The notes: generated by a model not told the origin, from the sequence alone. Numbered from the stretch's first letter, positions 12,175 to 24,328 are shown. The stretch is DNA of 64,000 bases from Octopus sinensis (GCF_006345805.1 NC_043007.1:26722001-26786000), one strand, 5' to 3'. Numbers and translations: made by a program.

Positions 12175-13490
12175 TTATAACGACGAGTGTTCCAGTTAAT
12201 ACCGATTTCTTTACTACCCACAAGGGGCTAAACACAGAGTGGACAAACAAGGACAGGCAAACAGATTAAGTCGATTATACCGACCCCAGTGCGTAACTGG
12301 TACTTCATTTATCGACCCCCGAACGAAGAAAGGTCGATCGAGGAATTTGAAAAAGGATTCAAAGTCGTCGTAGAACCAGAATGTAAGGGTAGACAATACC
12401 TTTTCTTTACTACCCACAAGGGGCTAAACACAGAGGACAAACAAGGACAGGCAAACGGATTATATCGATTATATCGACCCCAGTGCGTAACTGGTACTTC
12501 ATTTATCGACCCCGAAAGGATGAAAGGCAAAGTCGACCTCGGTGGAATTTGAACTCAGAATGTAAGGGTAGACGAAATACCGATTTCTTTACTACCCACA
12601 AGGGGCTAAACACAGAGAGGACAAACAAGGACAGGCAAACGGATTAAGTCGATTATATCGACCCCAGTGCGTAACTGGTACTTTATTTATCGACCCCGAA
12701 AGGATGAAAGGCAAAGTCGACCTCGGTGGAATTTGAACTCAGAATGTAAGGGTAGACGAAATACCGATTTCTTTACTACCCACAAGGGGCTAAACACAGA
12801 GAGGACAAACAAGGACAGGCAAACGGATTAAGTCGATTATATCGACCCCAGTGCGTAACTGGCACTTAATTTATCGACCGCGAAAGGATGAAAGGCAAAG
12901 TTTACCTCGGCGGAATTTGAACTCAGAACGTAGCGGCAGACGAAATACCTATTTCTTTATTACCCACAAGGGGCTAAACACAGAGGAGACAAACAAGGAC
13001 AGACATAGGTATTAAGTCGATTATATCGACCCCAGTGCGAAACTGGTACTTAATTTATCGACCCAGAAAGGATGAAAGGCAAAGTTTACCTCGGCGGAAT
13101 TTAAACTCAGAACGTAGCGGCAGACGAAATACCACGAAGCATTTCCCCGGCGTGCTAACGACTCTGCCAGCTCGCCGCCTTAGTTCCAGTTAATGCTATC
13201 AACGGGACAGCCTGCTCGTGAAATTAACGTGCATGTGGCTGAACCCTCCACAGACACATGTATCCTTACGTTATCATCGGAGAGATTTAGCGTGACACAG
13301 AGTGTGACAAGGCGACGAGGCTAGCACTTTGAAACACGGGCTCGGCTCATTTTTGCCAGCTGGGTGGACTAGAGCAACGTGAAATAAAGTGTTTTGCTCG
13401 AGGACTCAACGCGTCGCCGGGAATTGAACTCACGAGTTTACGATCGTGCCCCAAATACTCTTATCACTAAGCAACGTGCCTTCACACAAA
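12175..13490 (-). mobile_element. SINE-E (distinct tRNA head plus the SINE-C-type 3' body), interrupted by the SINE-B array
   Basis: 13195-13490 reverse complement gives head gtgaaggcacgttgcttagtg...gagttcaattcccgg and body gtgtcacgctaaatctc...gttaatttcacgagcaggctgtccc; the tail remnant continues at 12175-12200. Confidence 0.7.
12201..13182 (-). mobile_element. SINE-B2 concatemer: one head and five ~180-200-bp bodies, flanked by a 12-bp TSD
   Basis: Five repeats of tttctttactacccacaaggggctaaacacag...; single head at ~13133-13182; gttccagttaat at 12189-12200 and 13183-13194. Confidence 0.9.
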
Positions 13491-13814
13491 CAATTTATTG
13501 TTTACGTAATGCAAATGATATCGTCACAATGTACTAATTACCGCAAATCAAATAAGATCATAATACAGGACATATACTTAAAGGGAGACTTTTAACAAAA
13601 ATATTAATCATGAGCTAAAGTAGAACTCGGAAGACGTAGGATGTCTGCGTTTTATCAACTAATTTCTCTGTCTTGCGTCACACAAGAAGGGATGTTATTC
13701 TGTACTTTTGGGTGCACCAAATTCAAACACAAACACAAACAGAGGCCTAACCCGACCTAAGTGATAAGGCCCCACCCGTATTTGACTAAGTGGGTGACCT
13801 GAAATATTTCTGTA

Positions 13815-14420
13815 TACTCTTACTCGTTTACTTGTTTCTGACATTTGACTGTGGCCATGCTGGAGCACCGCCTTTAGTCGAGAAAATCGATCCCAGGACT
13901 TATTCTTTGTAAGCCTAGTACTTATTCTATCGGTCTCTTTTGCCGAACCACTAAGTTACGGGGACGTAACACACCAGCATCGGTTGTCAAGCGATGTTGG
14001 GGGGACAAACATAGACACACAAACATACATACCCACACACACACAAACACACACACAAACACACATATATATATACATATATGCGACGGGTTTCTTTCAG
14101 TTTCCGTCTACCAAATCTAACTGCTAAGTTACGGGGACGTAAACACATCAGCATCGGTTGTCAAGCGATGTTAGGGAGACAAACATAGACACACAAACAT
14201 ACATACACACACACACACAAACACACACACAAACACACACATATATATACATATATGCGACGAGCTTCTTTCAGTTTCCGTCTACCAAATCCACTCACAA
14301 GGCTTTGGTCGGCTCGAGGCTATAGTAGAAGACATTTGCCCACGGTACCACGCTGTTGGGACTGAACCCGAAACCATGTGGTTCGTAAGCAAGCTACTTA
14401 CCACACAGTCACTCCTACGC
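13815..14420 (-). mobile_element. SINE-A with an internal 173-bp tandem duplication
   Basis: ctaagttacggggacgta...ccaaatc occurs at 13951-14117 and 14124-14291. Confidence 0.85.
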
Positions 14421-14673
14421 TTGTATATACATTTTTTTAAAAGGTATTTCAGTTCTTTTTATAGCAAACTGAATGTCATATGTCCTTGCTTTTAGCCAAG
14501 TATTTAAAGCGTCTTCTACGTCACAGCACTAACCCACGCACCTCGTTTTATATAGTTTTGGCATGTTCGTCTCCAACCCATTTTGCAATTTCATTGGTTT
14601 TAACGTTTCATGTAATTGTATGTGTGTATAAAGGAAATTGAACATAATTGCTAATGCTGCAGAAAATCATTGA

Positions 14674-14751
<78 letters not shown>

Positions 14752-14820
14752 CCCCTGACGCAGTACCAGGCAGTGGCTCTCATGGCTTCTGATCTTAACT
14801 GATTGGAAGTGTTATCATGG
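14674..14820. repeat. (AAT)n followed by a ~70-bp terminal fragment of element F
   Basis: 14752-14820 gcagtaccaggcagtggctctcatggcttctgatcttaactg is the reverse complement of the end of element F at ~16257-16327. Confidence 0.8.
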
Positions 14821-15521
14821 AAGACACTTCCACGCAGTGGGGCTGAACACGAGACCACTTGGCTGGAAAACAGCGGCATTTGAACTCTCAGTTTCTGTCT
14901 ACCAGCTCCATTCCCAAGGATTTGGTGGGACTCCGGCTAAAATCGAAGGCACTCCCACGCAGTGGACTGAACACGAGACCACTTGGCTGGAAAACAAACT
15001 TCTTACCAACAAGCCACAGCCGCAAATGCATACATACATACATACATACATACATACATACATACATACATACATACATACATACATACATACATGCATA
15101 CATACATACATGCATATACATGTGTGTGTGTGCGTGTGTGTCTGTGTTTGTGTGTGTGTGTGTGTGTGTGATGCTAGAATCATAGATTTTTTTCTTTTTC
15201 CTCTTACACACACCTGAGAATTTTTGTTTATTAAACGCCTCTATTGTCAGCCATTTAAATCTAGCCGTTGGTCTTTGCTCTTCAAGATATTTCAGTTATG
15301 TGGCATTTAACATCGGATATTTTCCTTAACGAATATTTTATCTGATGAAAACTCTTTGAAGACGCCTCATAATCTTATTTTCTTTTTTGTGAGATTTTTT
15401 ACTTATTTATTATTTATTTATTTTTAGCTTATCTGTATTTTTTTACTTATTATCAACATCAATCAACATCATCATCATCATCATTATTATTATATTATTT
15501 ACACTATTACTATTATTATAA

Positions 15522-15735
15522 GGCTGCGAGCTGGCAGAATCGTTATCACGCTGGACGAAATGCTTAGCGATATTTGGCCTGTTGCAACGTTATGTGTTCA
15601 AATTCCGCTGAGGTCGACTTTGTCTTTCATGTTTTCGGGGTCGATAAATTAAGTACCAGATGATTACTGTGTGTCTATGAAATTGACTAGTCCCCTCGCC
15701 ACAAATTGGAAAATCTTGTACCTCCAGTAGAAAGT
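15522..15735 (+). mobile_element. SINE-B (B1 tail) between (ATT)n tracts
   Basis: Same head and body as SINE-B2 but a different tail: gactagtcccctc...cagtagaaag then ATT repeats. Confidence 0.8.
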
Positions 15736-15775
15736 TATTATTATATTATTATATTATTATATTATTATTATTATT

Positions 15776-16326
15776 GAGTGAGAGAAGCAGTTCATGCCAT
15801 CAAGTGACAGGGGGTAAAATATACAAAGCCCAATATACCCATCTGACTACCGTCTGATAAAGGTACACAGGCACATGCATCACCAACCATATGTGCGCGA
15901 CATGGTGATCTCATATCAAGATAAACAGCACATGACCTTGCAGGTGGGGCCCAGTTAGAATTTTCTTCAGGTTGAGTAGCCCATCCCGCTCAAACGGTCC
16001 CTGAATAAGGGTTGTTTAAGGATGTTGAAGAACCACCCATGTTTCCAGGGTGTGAACTATTCAAACCCTAAACAATCCCTCTCAACACTGGCTATGGTGA
16101 CCCCACTACTTCTGCTCGTGATCAGAGATGCACATATCGTCAGCCACTAAGGGACATGCTCAATGGTTACGGTCAAAACAAACTGACAAGCAAAATCTGT
16201 GGTATGAGCAGAATAGTTGCTGTAGCCCATCTTTTATACCAAGACAACACAATGTACATGATAAACACTTCCAAACAGTTAAGATCAGAAGCCATGAGAG
16301 CCACTGCCTGGTACTGCATCAGAGCA

Positions 16327-16327
<1 letters not shown>
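15776..16327. mobile_element. Element F: ~550-bp non-coding interspersed repeat embedded in (ATT)n on both sides
   Basis: Sharp ATT-repeat boundaries at both ends; second partial copy at 14752, also adjoining (AAT)n; no ORF. Non-autonomous TAA-associated retroposon is an inference. Confidence 0.55.
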
Positions 16328-16357
<30 letters not shown>

Positions 16358-16358
16358 A

Positions 16359-16755
16359 GGCGATGAGCTGGCAGAAACGTCAACACGCCGGGCGAAATGC
16401 TTAGCGGGATTTCGGCTGCCGTTACGTTGTGAGTCAAATTCCGCCGAGGTCGACTTTGCCTTTCATCCTTTCAGGGTCGATTAAATAAGTACCAGTTACG
16501 CACTGGGATCGATATAATCGACTTAATCCGGTTGTCTGTCCTTGTTTGTCTCCTCTGTGTGTAGCCCCTTGTGGGTAGTAAAGGAAATAGGTATTTCGTC
16601 TGCCGTTACGTTCCGAGTTCAAATTCCGCCGAGGTCGATTTTGCCTTTCGTTTTTTCGGAGTCGATAACTTAAATACCAGCTGATTACTGGTGTCTATGT
16701 AATTGACTAGTTCCCTCCCCACAAATCTGAGTCCTGAGCCCTACAGTAGAATGGA
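16359..16755 (+). mobile_element. SINE-B chimera: head, B2 body, then a second, more decayed body with B1 tail
   Basis: Junction gtagtaaaggaaataggtatttcgtctgcc at ~16575-16605. Confidence 0.8.
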
Positions 16756-16904
16756 TTTTATTATTATTATTATATTATTATTATTATTTATTATTATTAT
16801 TATTATTATATTATTATTATTATTATTATTATTGTTATTATTGTTATTATTATTATTATTATTGATATTATTATATTATTATTATTATTATTAATATTAT
16901 ATAA

Positions 16905-17118
16905 GGCGGCGAGCTGGCAGAATCGTTAGCACGCTGGACAAAATGCTTAGCGGTATTTCGCCCGACGCTACGTTCTGAGTTCAAATTCCACCGAGGTCGA
17001 CTTTGCCTTTCATCCTTTGGGAGTCGATAAAATAAGTACCAGATAAATATTGGGGTCGATGTAATCGACTACACCCCCTCCCCCCAAATTTCAGGCCTTC
17101 TACCTTCAGTAGAAAGGA
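16905..17118 (+). mobile_element. SINE-B1 between (ATT)n tracts
   Basis: ggcggcgagctggcagaatcg ... cagtagaaaggattattatcatt. Confidence 0.85.
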
Positions 17119-17603
17119 TTATTATCATTATTTTCATCTTCCATTTTATCGGTGTTGTTCTTGTTATTATTATTTTGTTGTATATTAATGTTGTAATATA
17201 CGTTTGGCAGAGGGTTGAATCTTTTAAAGAAATAAAGGAAGGAAGGAAGGAAGGAAAGGATTATCTAGTAAATTCCATTGAGATGTCTTAACACCAACCA
17301 GTTAGTAGTCACGTGATCGTTGGATGTGTTGTAGCATTGTAAAGCGCACAGTAAAAGCCGATCCTCTTTAACACCCACTCTCACCTATGTTAGTGTAGAT
17401 TTTTACATGGTAGCTTTACGAACTACAAGTAAGAGCTATATTGTAATGAAACCGCACCCTACTAATTCTGCAGAAAGATACGTCTGGTACAAACGAACAA
17501 AATTCAAACAGGATGGTCATAACTGGAATGTGTTTCATTATGAGGTCTGCTGAGATGACATATATTTAAACATCATCATTAACTATAAACAACAACAGCA
17601 GTG

Positions 17604-17852
17604 GAGGCGCAATGGCCAGTGGTTAGGGCAGCGGGACTCGCGGTCGTAAGAACTTGGTTCGATTCCCAGACCGACATTGTGAGTATTTATTGAGCAAAAA
17701 ACACCTAAGCTCCACTAGGCTCCGGGCGGGGAGGGTGGTGAACCCAGCTGTACTCTTTCACCACAACTTTCTCTCACTCTTTCTTCCTACTTCTGCCACA
17801 AAGCAGAGGAACCATGGTGTAAACCCACTATGGTGTGGTAAACTTTCAGACC
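17604..17852 (+). mobile_element. SINE-D (SINE-C head with a different body), cut by the assembly gap
   Basis: Matches 27126-27385, including gcagaggaacca.ggtgtaa.cccactatggtgtggtaaa.ctttcagac. Confidence 0.75.
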
Positions 17853-17952
17853 NNNNNNNNNNNNNNNNNNNNNNNNNNNNNNNNNNNNNNNNNNNNNNNN
17901 NNNNNNNNNNNNNNNNNNNNNNNNNNNNNNNNNNNNNNNNNNNNNNNNNNNN
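17853..17952. other. Assembly gap (100 N)
   Basis: Exactly 100 N, so probably a placeholder of unknown true size; contiguity across it is uncertain. Confidence 0.98.
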
Positions 17953-18009
17953 AGCATAAATTCTCAAAGTTTAGCTTCGCTGATTCCATCTCACCTGGAG
18001 ACTACGCAT

Positions 18010-18062
<53 letters not shown>

Positions 18063-18204
18063 TTCAATATATATATATATTGAAATAAAATAATACATAT
18101 ATCTATAATACATAGACAGACCCAAATATTGCTATAAATAAATATGTATATGTGAGTGCCTTTCACGTATATATACATATGTATATACGCGCGCGCACAC
18201 ACAC

Positions 18205-18242
<38 letters not shown>

Positions 18243-18464
18243 TACACACACACACATATATATATATATATACATATATAGAAAACTAATTATATGTCTA
18301 TGTATATAAGTATATATATGTGTGTGTGTGTGCGTGTGTGCGTGTGTACGTGTGTGTGTGTACATTAGCATAGAGAATGAAATAAAATATTATTGAATGT
18401 TATTATGTTGTGGGGAAAACATCGGCATAAGAACGATAAATACAAGAGTGGAATAGTTCGAAGC

Positions 18465-18560
18465 GTGACGTCACTTCAGCCATTGCTACAAGAAGTTGAA
18501 AGACGACCGTTACACATTGAGTATATAAAGCTGATGAACAGAGGAAGTTTTGTCATTCAA
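18465..18560 (+). promoter_or_regulatory. Candidate Pol II core promoter: CRE, TATA and Inr
   Basis: gTGACGTCAc (18465-18474), TATATAAA (18522-18529), TCATTC (18553-18558); TATAAA starts 31 nt before the Inr A. Motif match only. Confidence 0.3.
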
Positions 18561-18861
18561 CATGGCTTCTGTTTTCGTTGGTCACTTTTTCTCTCGTTCT
18601 CTGCTGTTGGTGAAGAACTACTTCCGAGACAATACCTGATTAAGACATTTCTCTTTTTACTTCTACGAGCATTGCATTTATTTTGCTTCTATGAGCATGG
18701 ATTCGATTTCCTTGACTAAAAGGCGGTGCTCCAGCTTGGCCGCAGTAACACGGCTGAAACAAAAAGATTAAAAGAAAAAAGAATATATATACATATAAAA
18801 ACAAAGGTAAACAGGACGAAGTGTAGAAAATTAAGGAAAGTGCAAGGAAATTAGTGATTGA

Positions 18862-18874
18862 CCACTAGGGGGCA
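18862..18874 (+). promoter_or_regulatory. CTCF-like motif
   Basis: ccactagggggca(t) matches 13/14 positions of CCASYAGRKGGCRS. Confidence 0.3.
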
Positions 18875-19207
18875 TAAAAACTTGGCATTTTCTGACTCTG
18901 CATTGAAATTGTCTGTTCTGAGGTCAGAGAGGTCCGACGGAAAAGTTGGCAGCTCTTAAGAAAGTAATGAAAAATGAATGCTAACAGATTTTCTTTCAAT
19001 TTAAATGGTTAAACCACTATTAAGTGAAAGTAGTTGCAAATATGTGTGACTCTGTGTGTATGCTTGCAGCACGAACACACTCACGCAGGCACACACACAC
19101 ACACACACATACATACAAACACTGGCACACATATATATATATATATAATATATATATATATATATTATACACACACACATACAGGAATATATGCATATAT
19201 ATATTTG

Positions 19208-19307
<100 letters not shown>

Positions 19308-19489
19308 TAATACATATGGCTTCTGATATTTTTAATCACCAGAATTTACTGAAATGACTGAAGAACCAAGATTTTGGTGCAGGCCATTTACGAATCTGAT
19401 TTAAAACATGAGAGCTCTTTGATTTTTAAGAATGAATTACGCGTCTTTCTGGAATGTTCTATATACGCATGTGTGCGTACATAATACTT

Positions 19490-19561
<72 letters not shown>

Positions 19562-19659
19562 TTCGTACGCACAAATAGTTGTGTGTATGCTTGTGTTTGT
19601 TTGTGTGCGTGTGTGTGTTTGTGTGTGTGTGTGTGTGTGTGTTTGTGTGTGTGTGGTGT

Positions 19660-19703
<44 letters not shown>

Positions 19704-19784
19704 GTGTGTGTAAGTATGCGTGCGTGCGTGGATTTCTTTATGAAACGCTTTATATTCGAATTACAATATCTTTTCGAGGAAGAC

Positions 19785-19990
19785 AGCGTCGAGCTGGCAG
19801 AAACGTTAAGCAGGCCGGGCGAAATGCTGGGCGTTATTTCGTCTGTCTTTACGTTCTTCAAGTTCTGCCGAGGCCGACTTTGCATTTTATCCCTTCGGAG
19901 TCGATAAATTAAGTACGAGTTGCGTACTGGGGCCGATGCAATGGACTGGACCCCTCCCCCAAAACTTCGGGCCTAGTGCCCAACGTAGAA
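19785..19990 (+). mobile_element. SINE-B1
   Basis: gagctggcagaaacgttaagcaggccgggcgaaatg ... ccctcccccaaaacttcgggcctagtgcc. Confidence 0.8.
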
Positions 19991-20989
19991 AAGAATATCT
20001 TCTCAGTGAGGCCGTATATGCTTGCTGTCTATAATTTCTACACTGATTCAAGCATCATAACAGTTCTGTTTACTCTCAATTTCAAACATTTTAGCAGACC
20101 CACAAGGGTCCTGTATCCCTATTCCTATCAGTGGTCCCTATGCTGTTCAACTGTTCGTCCAAGATGGTGTCCCAATCGCCCTCTAACACTCAAGATCACA
20201 TTGTTCCTCGTAAAAAAGCTCAGACTCCAGAAGACGACTGCCTGTCCTTTCTACGCTGCTATTAACAGAGTGTTGAACTTGCTATAGATGATGTTGGTTT
20301 AGCCACTTTTTCCTAAGTCCTTTGCTTTTCCTTTCAGCTAATATTGGCGTTGAACCTTGTTGTTGTTGTTGTTGCTATTGTTGTTGTTCTTATTATTGTT
20401 GCTGCTGCAGCGATGTTGTCAGCACTATTCAGCCGCTCCTTTCCTCTTTCACTATTTACATTGTTTTTGAAGAAGGCTCTGAGATGGTCAACTCTTTCAA
20501 ATATTGGCCTTTCAGTCGTTTGTTCTCCACAGTTCTTCTCAGTTCCGCCCCATTCTGCAGAAAGATTAGCTCTGGTATCCTTTCCAGATATCCCGGTTTT
20601 ACATGGAGCAGCACTAATGGTGAGACTTGGCATATCTGGTTCTTTCAAGTATAATTACAGTACAACTAATAGAGATTCCGTACCTTCTATCCATCGAAAT
20701 TCACGAGCAAGTCCTGGGTCCTTGGAAGCCACGTTGAAAAACTAACAATACGCATGTCCATATACAACACAAGTTGTCGAAACCGCGACCTCATGACTGC
20801 GAGGCGATTTTCTAAACTATCCAGCAACTTGCCATACATACTCCAAAGTAAATAGCAACAAGAGCACTCAGAGAACGCAAACCTCTGCCAAGGCAACACC
20901 AACATCCTCTCAACGATTAGCCAGGGATGAGCTTCAAAATGAGAATATCTGAAATAAACTCGATTGCTCTCACAAACGAGAATACTAAA

Positions 20990-21218
20990 AATAAACCCGA
21001 CCACTTGCAAAAGTTAAGTAAAAAAACAGGAAAAATAAACCAGGATACTTGTCCGGCACCGGACCGATCTCAAAATCTAATCGGTTTTTGCCAATCACGA
21101 GGCCAACTATCTCTGAAAGTTTCATCGGAATCCGTCCAGCAGTTCTTGAGATATCTTGTCAACAGACAAACAAACACGACTGAAAACAATACCTCCGTCT
21201 TAGCGAAGGCGCAGGTAA
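20990..21218 (+). mobile_element. Helentron/HINE-like non-autonomous element, 3' part
   Basis: acagacaaacaaacac...gaaaacaa followed by terminal hairpin tacctccgtctt-agcg-aaggcgcaggta (21190-21217) and TT, resembling DINE-1/HINE-type ends. Confidence 0.5.
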
Positions 21219-21226
21219 TTAGAGAA

Positions 21227-21260
<34 letters not shown>

Positions 21261-23571
21261 AAAGAATTACAGACTGAAATAGAGAGATAGTGATAGAGAG
21301 CAGAGATAGTGAGAGAGAGATAGAACAGAGATAGTGAGTGAGTGAGAGAGTGAGAGATATTAAAAGCTACTTAAAGTGTATATGACTAATTGTTGAAAGT
21401 TTGTCGACCTGTTTGCTTTGCTGATCTCTTACATGACTATACTGATCCTCTTTTCTCTTCTATTCTCTAGGTATGTAATCGTTTCCACTGTTTCCGTGCG
21501 AAGACAGCTCAAAGACTGTATGTAAGATTTACAAATTTACTTTTTCTTCTTTTCATATAAACTCTATGACATAAGATCTGTAATCTCTCTTAATCCCAAG
21601 TAATCTCTCGCAAGATCATCTTCAGATATTCACGAAACAACTTTATTTACTTCGGTTAAACCGGTTAAACGTAAGGAGAAGATAAACTTACAAGTTTTAG
21701 CTCCTCACGTTTCGAGTTCAAATGAAACTGAGTTGAACTTTGACATTTATCTTTTCTGAGTCGAGCGCTATAATAATTGCCAAACTAGCAATGAAGAATC
21801 TTCAGCACGCCGATAACAGCTAAACGGCATTCCTTCCGACTCTTTACATTTAGAGTTCGAATCCTGCCTAGATCAGCATTATCGCGTATCCCTCCGGGGG
21901 AAAAATACTGCGTCCATTATTTTCGACTTGTCCACTTCCCTCAAATGTTGCTGACCTTAAACCCTGCAATGATCTGATGGCTGTTCAGAGAAATTTTGTG
22001 ATCTCTGTCACTTAAATGGCATTGAAGAATGGTAATCGAATTTGGACACGAGGAAATTAAATCAAAAACAATTATTGTATCGTTTATGAATTTATTTTTT
22101 GTAAAATTCCTGATGTGAAATCGTGTCTTGAAACATTGTTATACTTCGAGACGGTCATTTCTTTTTTTTTTTCATTTCTGCCAAATAAACACACGCACTA
22201 TCCATTTGTTCTTCACTCGTTTATTATCGTTCATATTTTATCTTATATCCACTGTCTACCAAGAACGATTATATAGTGCGTGTGTTTATTTGGTAAGTAA
22301 AAGATGGGACCATAGCAAAATAATTGTAACGGTCTTCTTTAACCTTCTATTTGTGGTTATGTAGTAAATCATTACGAGATAGGAGTTTGGTCAAATTATT
22401 ACAACTGTGTTCGTATTAGTTCCCTAAGGACCGAATTCAAATCAAAAGATTTCGCTTTCGACACAAAAATGAACGCTATCAGATTGTTGTTATTGTTGTA
22501 GTTGTTGTCGTCGAATTCGTTTTCATCGTCGTTGGTGTTGTTGTTGTTGTTGTTTTTGCAGCGATTATGTCAGCAGTAGTCAGGCTCTTCTTTCCTATTT
22601 GCTATTTTCATTGTGTTGGCAGAACGGTCTGGGATGGCCGACCGTTCCACAACCGTGGCTTTCCGACCGTCTGCCCTCCACAATTCCTCTTAGTTGCGCT
22701 CCGTTGCAGTATCAGTTCGTATTCTTTACGTTCTGGTTTCAAAATCCTCATTCCAGGCTTAATACTCGAGCACACGGCCCCTCGTTCACCTCGCAAATCC
22801 TCATTAAATCAATGGCATAGAAAAGCCGGAAACATTTTAGAGGGGTCTCATACTGAAACGCATTGAAAACTGCTGAAAATTAGCAAAGGAAGAATCATAT
22901 TCACAACAAATAACTGAAATAGATATGACAGATATGTGGGGGCCACAGAGGTATAGTTTCAAATTGTAATGGAAACCCTATCATTTCACATATGACCAAT
23001 GGCTTTAAACCAGGCAAACACGTCATTTAATCCCGTTCCAAGATTATCTATGGCCTGCAAATTTCGTTCCTAGTTAATTAAACTATTGCAATGAATATGA
23101 ATTCCATTTCTGAAATGTCAAAGTAGGAAAGTTAATCTAGACCTGGATTGAAACAGCTGACCCCTCCCACGAAATTCCAGGCCCTTCCTGCTAAAATTTT
23201 AAACAATCGTGACTATTTTATTAATACTCCAACAATCTTTTTACACAAAAAAACAAAACAAAATCACCCGCATAAATATACACACCTACGTACAACAGGG
23301 GAATATATTATTCAAAGATGTTACTTGAATGAAAAGTAATACTTAAATTACGTCTAGAATATTTGATGCACATTCTCTTATTCTTTAGAGGTAATTGCGT
23401 GTAATGTTGTTTGCAATACTTCGTCGTGGGTTTTTAACAGACCGTACAAGTTTCGGTTTTGACATGACGCCGTCAGTACAGCAACAGAAGCCTTGTGTGA
23501 AATTTTTCGTATAAATATCCGAAAGTGTAACACTCATCAAAATAATTAAAATATATCAGCGTAGCCTTACA

Positions 23572-23868
23572 TTGTTCCTTCTCAAGCCATGCCTGGCTCA
23601 TAGGGCTGGTTTCCCGTTTCCTTGGCGTGTAGGTTCCCCACCTGGACGGGACGCCGGTCCGTCACAGGTGAGCTGCAAGATGCAGGAGGAAAGAATGAGA
23701 GAAAGTTGTGACGAAAGAGTCAGTAGAAGTTCGCCATTACCTTCTGCCGGAGCGACGTGGAGCTTAGGTGTTTTGCACATAAACACACACATCGCCCGGT
23801 CTGAGATTCGAACCCCCGATCCCCCGACTGTGAGTCCGCTGCTTTAACCACTAGGACATGTGCCTCCA
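23572..23868 (-). mobile_element. SINE-G (SINE-C-like head and 5' body, different 3' half)
   Basis: Minus strand: tRNA head with ggttcgaatctc, actctttcgtcacaactttctctcattc (as in SINE-C), then ctgtgacggaccggcgtcccgtccagg and tail atgagccaggcatggcttgagaaggaacaa. Confidence 0.7.
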
Positions 23869-24328
23869 CAGCGTTTACGTTAGTGACTCTCAATTACAAA
23901 GTCCAATGATTTTTAACAAATAAGAATATTTTTTTTCCAAATTAAATGATGTCCTTCGGATAAACTTTGATATTTGTTTGTAGACAAGACACAGCTTTGA
24001 AGATATTTCTGTTAATTGAAAATCATTGGCGTATTAGAGTCAATAACCGCCTTCGATAAGTTGGAAAAAAATCCACATACATTCAAAAGTAATTTCATGT
24101 AAATACGAATAGTATTACTTGAATAATTAAAAAGTTAATTATGTAAAAACATTAGTTAGTTTCCTTACCCCAGTATATTTTTTTGTTTTAATAATTTATA
24201 CTATCCAAAGATAACACTTAACCGTTTTAATTATATTACTCTTTACACAATATTGCTCGTTAAGCGTACAGAGTATATCATTCTGAAGAGGTTTAATAAG
24301 CTGAAACATATCCATAGTTGTCATATAA

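Noticed and set aside
12201-13182. CRISPR-like or retrozyme-like reading of the tandem array
   Set aside because: Units are whole ~180-200-bp SINE bodies with no unique spacers, no cas genes are present, the DNA is eukaryotic, and I found no hammerhead core on either strand of the unit.
20344-20745. 133-aa hydrophobic ORF as a membrane or secreted protein
   Set aside because: The hydrophobic N-terminus comes from a (GTT)n repeat, and the paralogue at 22.6 kb is frameshifted relative to it.
24283-24325. CTGAAGA...GAAAC...GTC hammerhead-like string
   Set aside because: Stem II relies on wobble pairs and stem I does not pair beyond 1 bp; at best a decayed motif.
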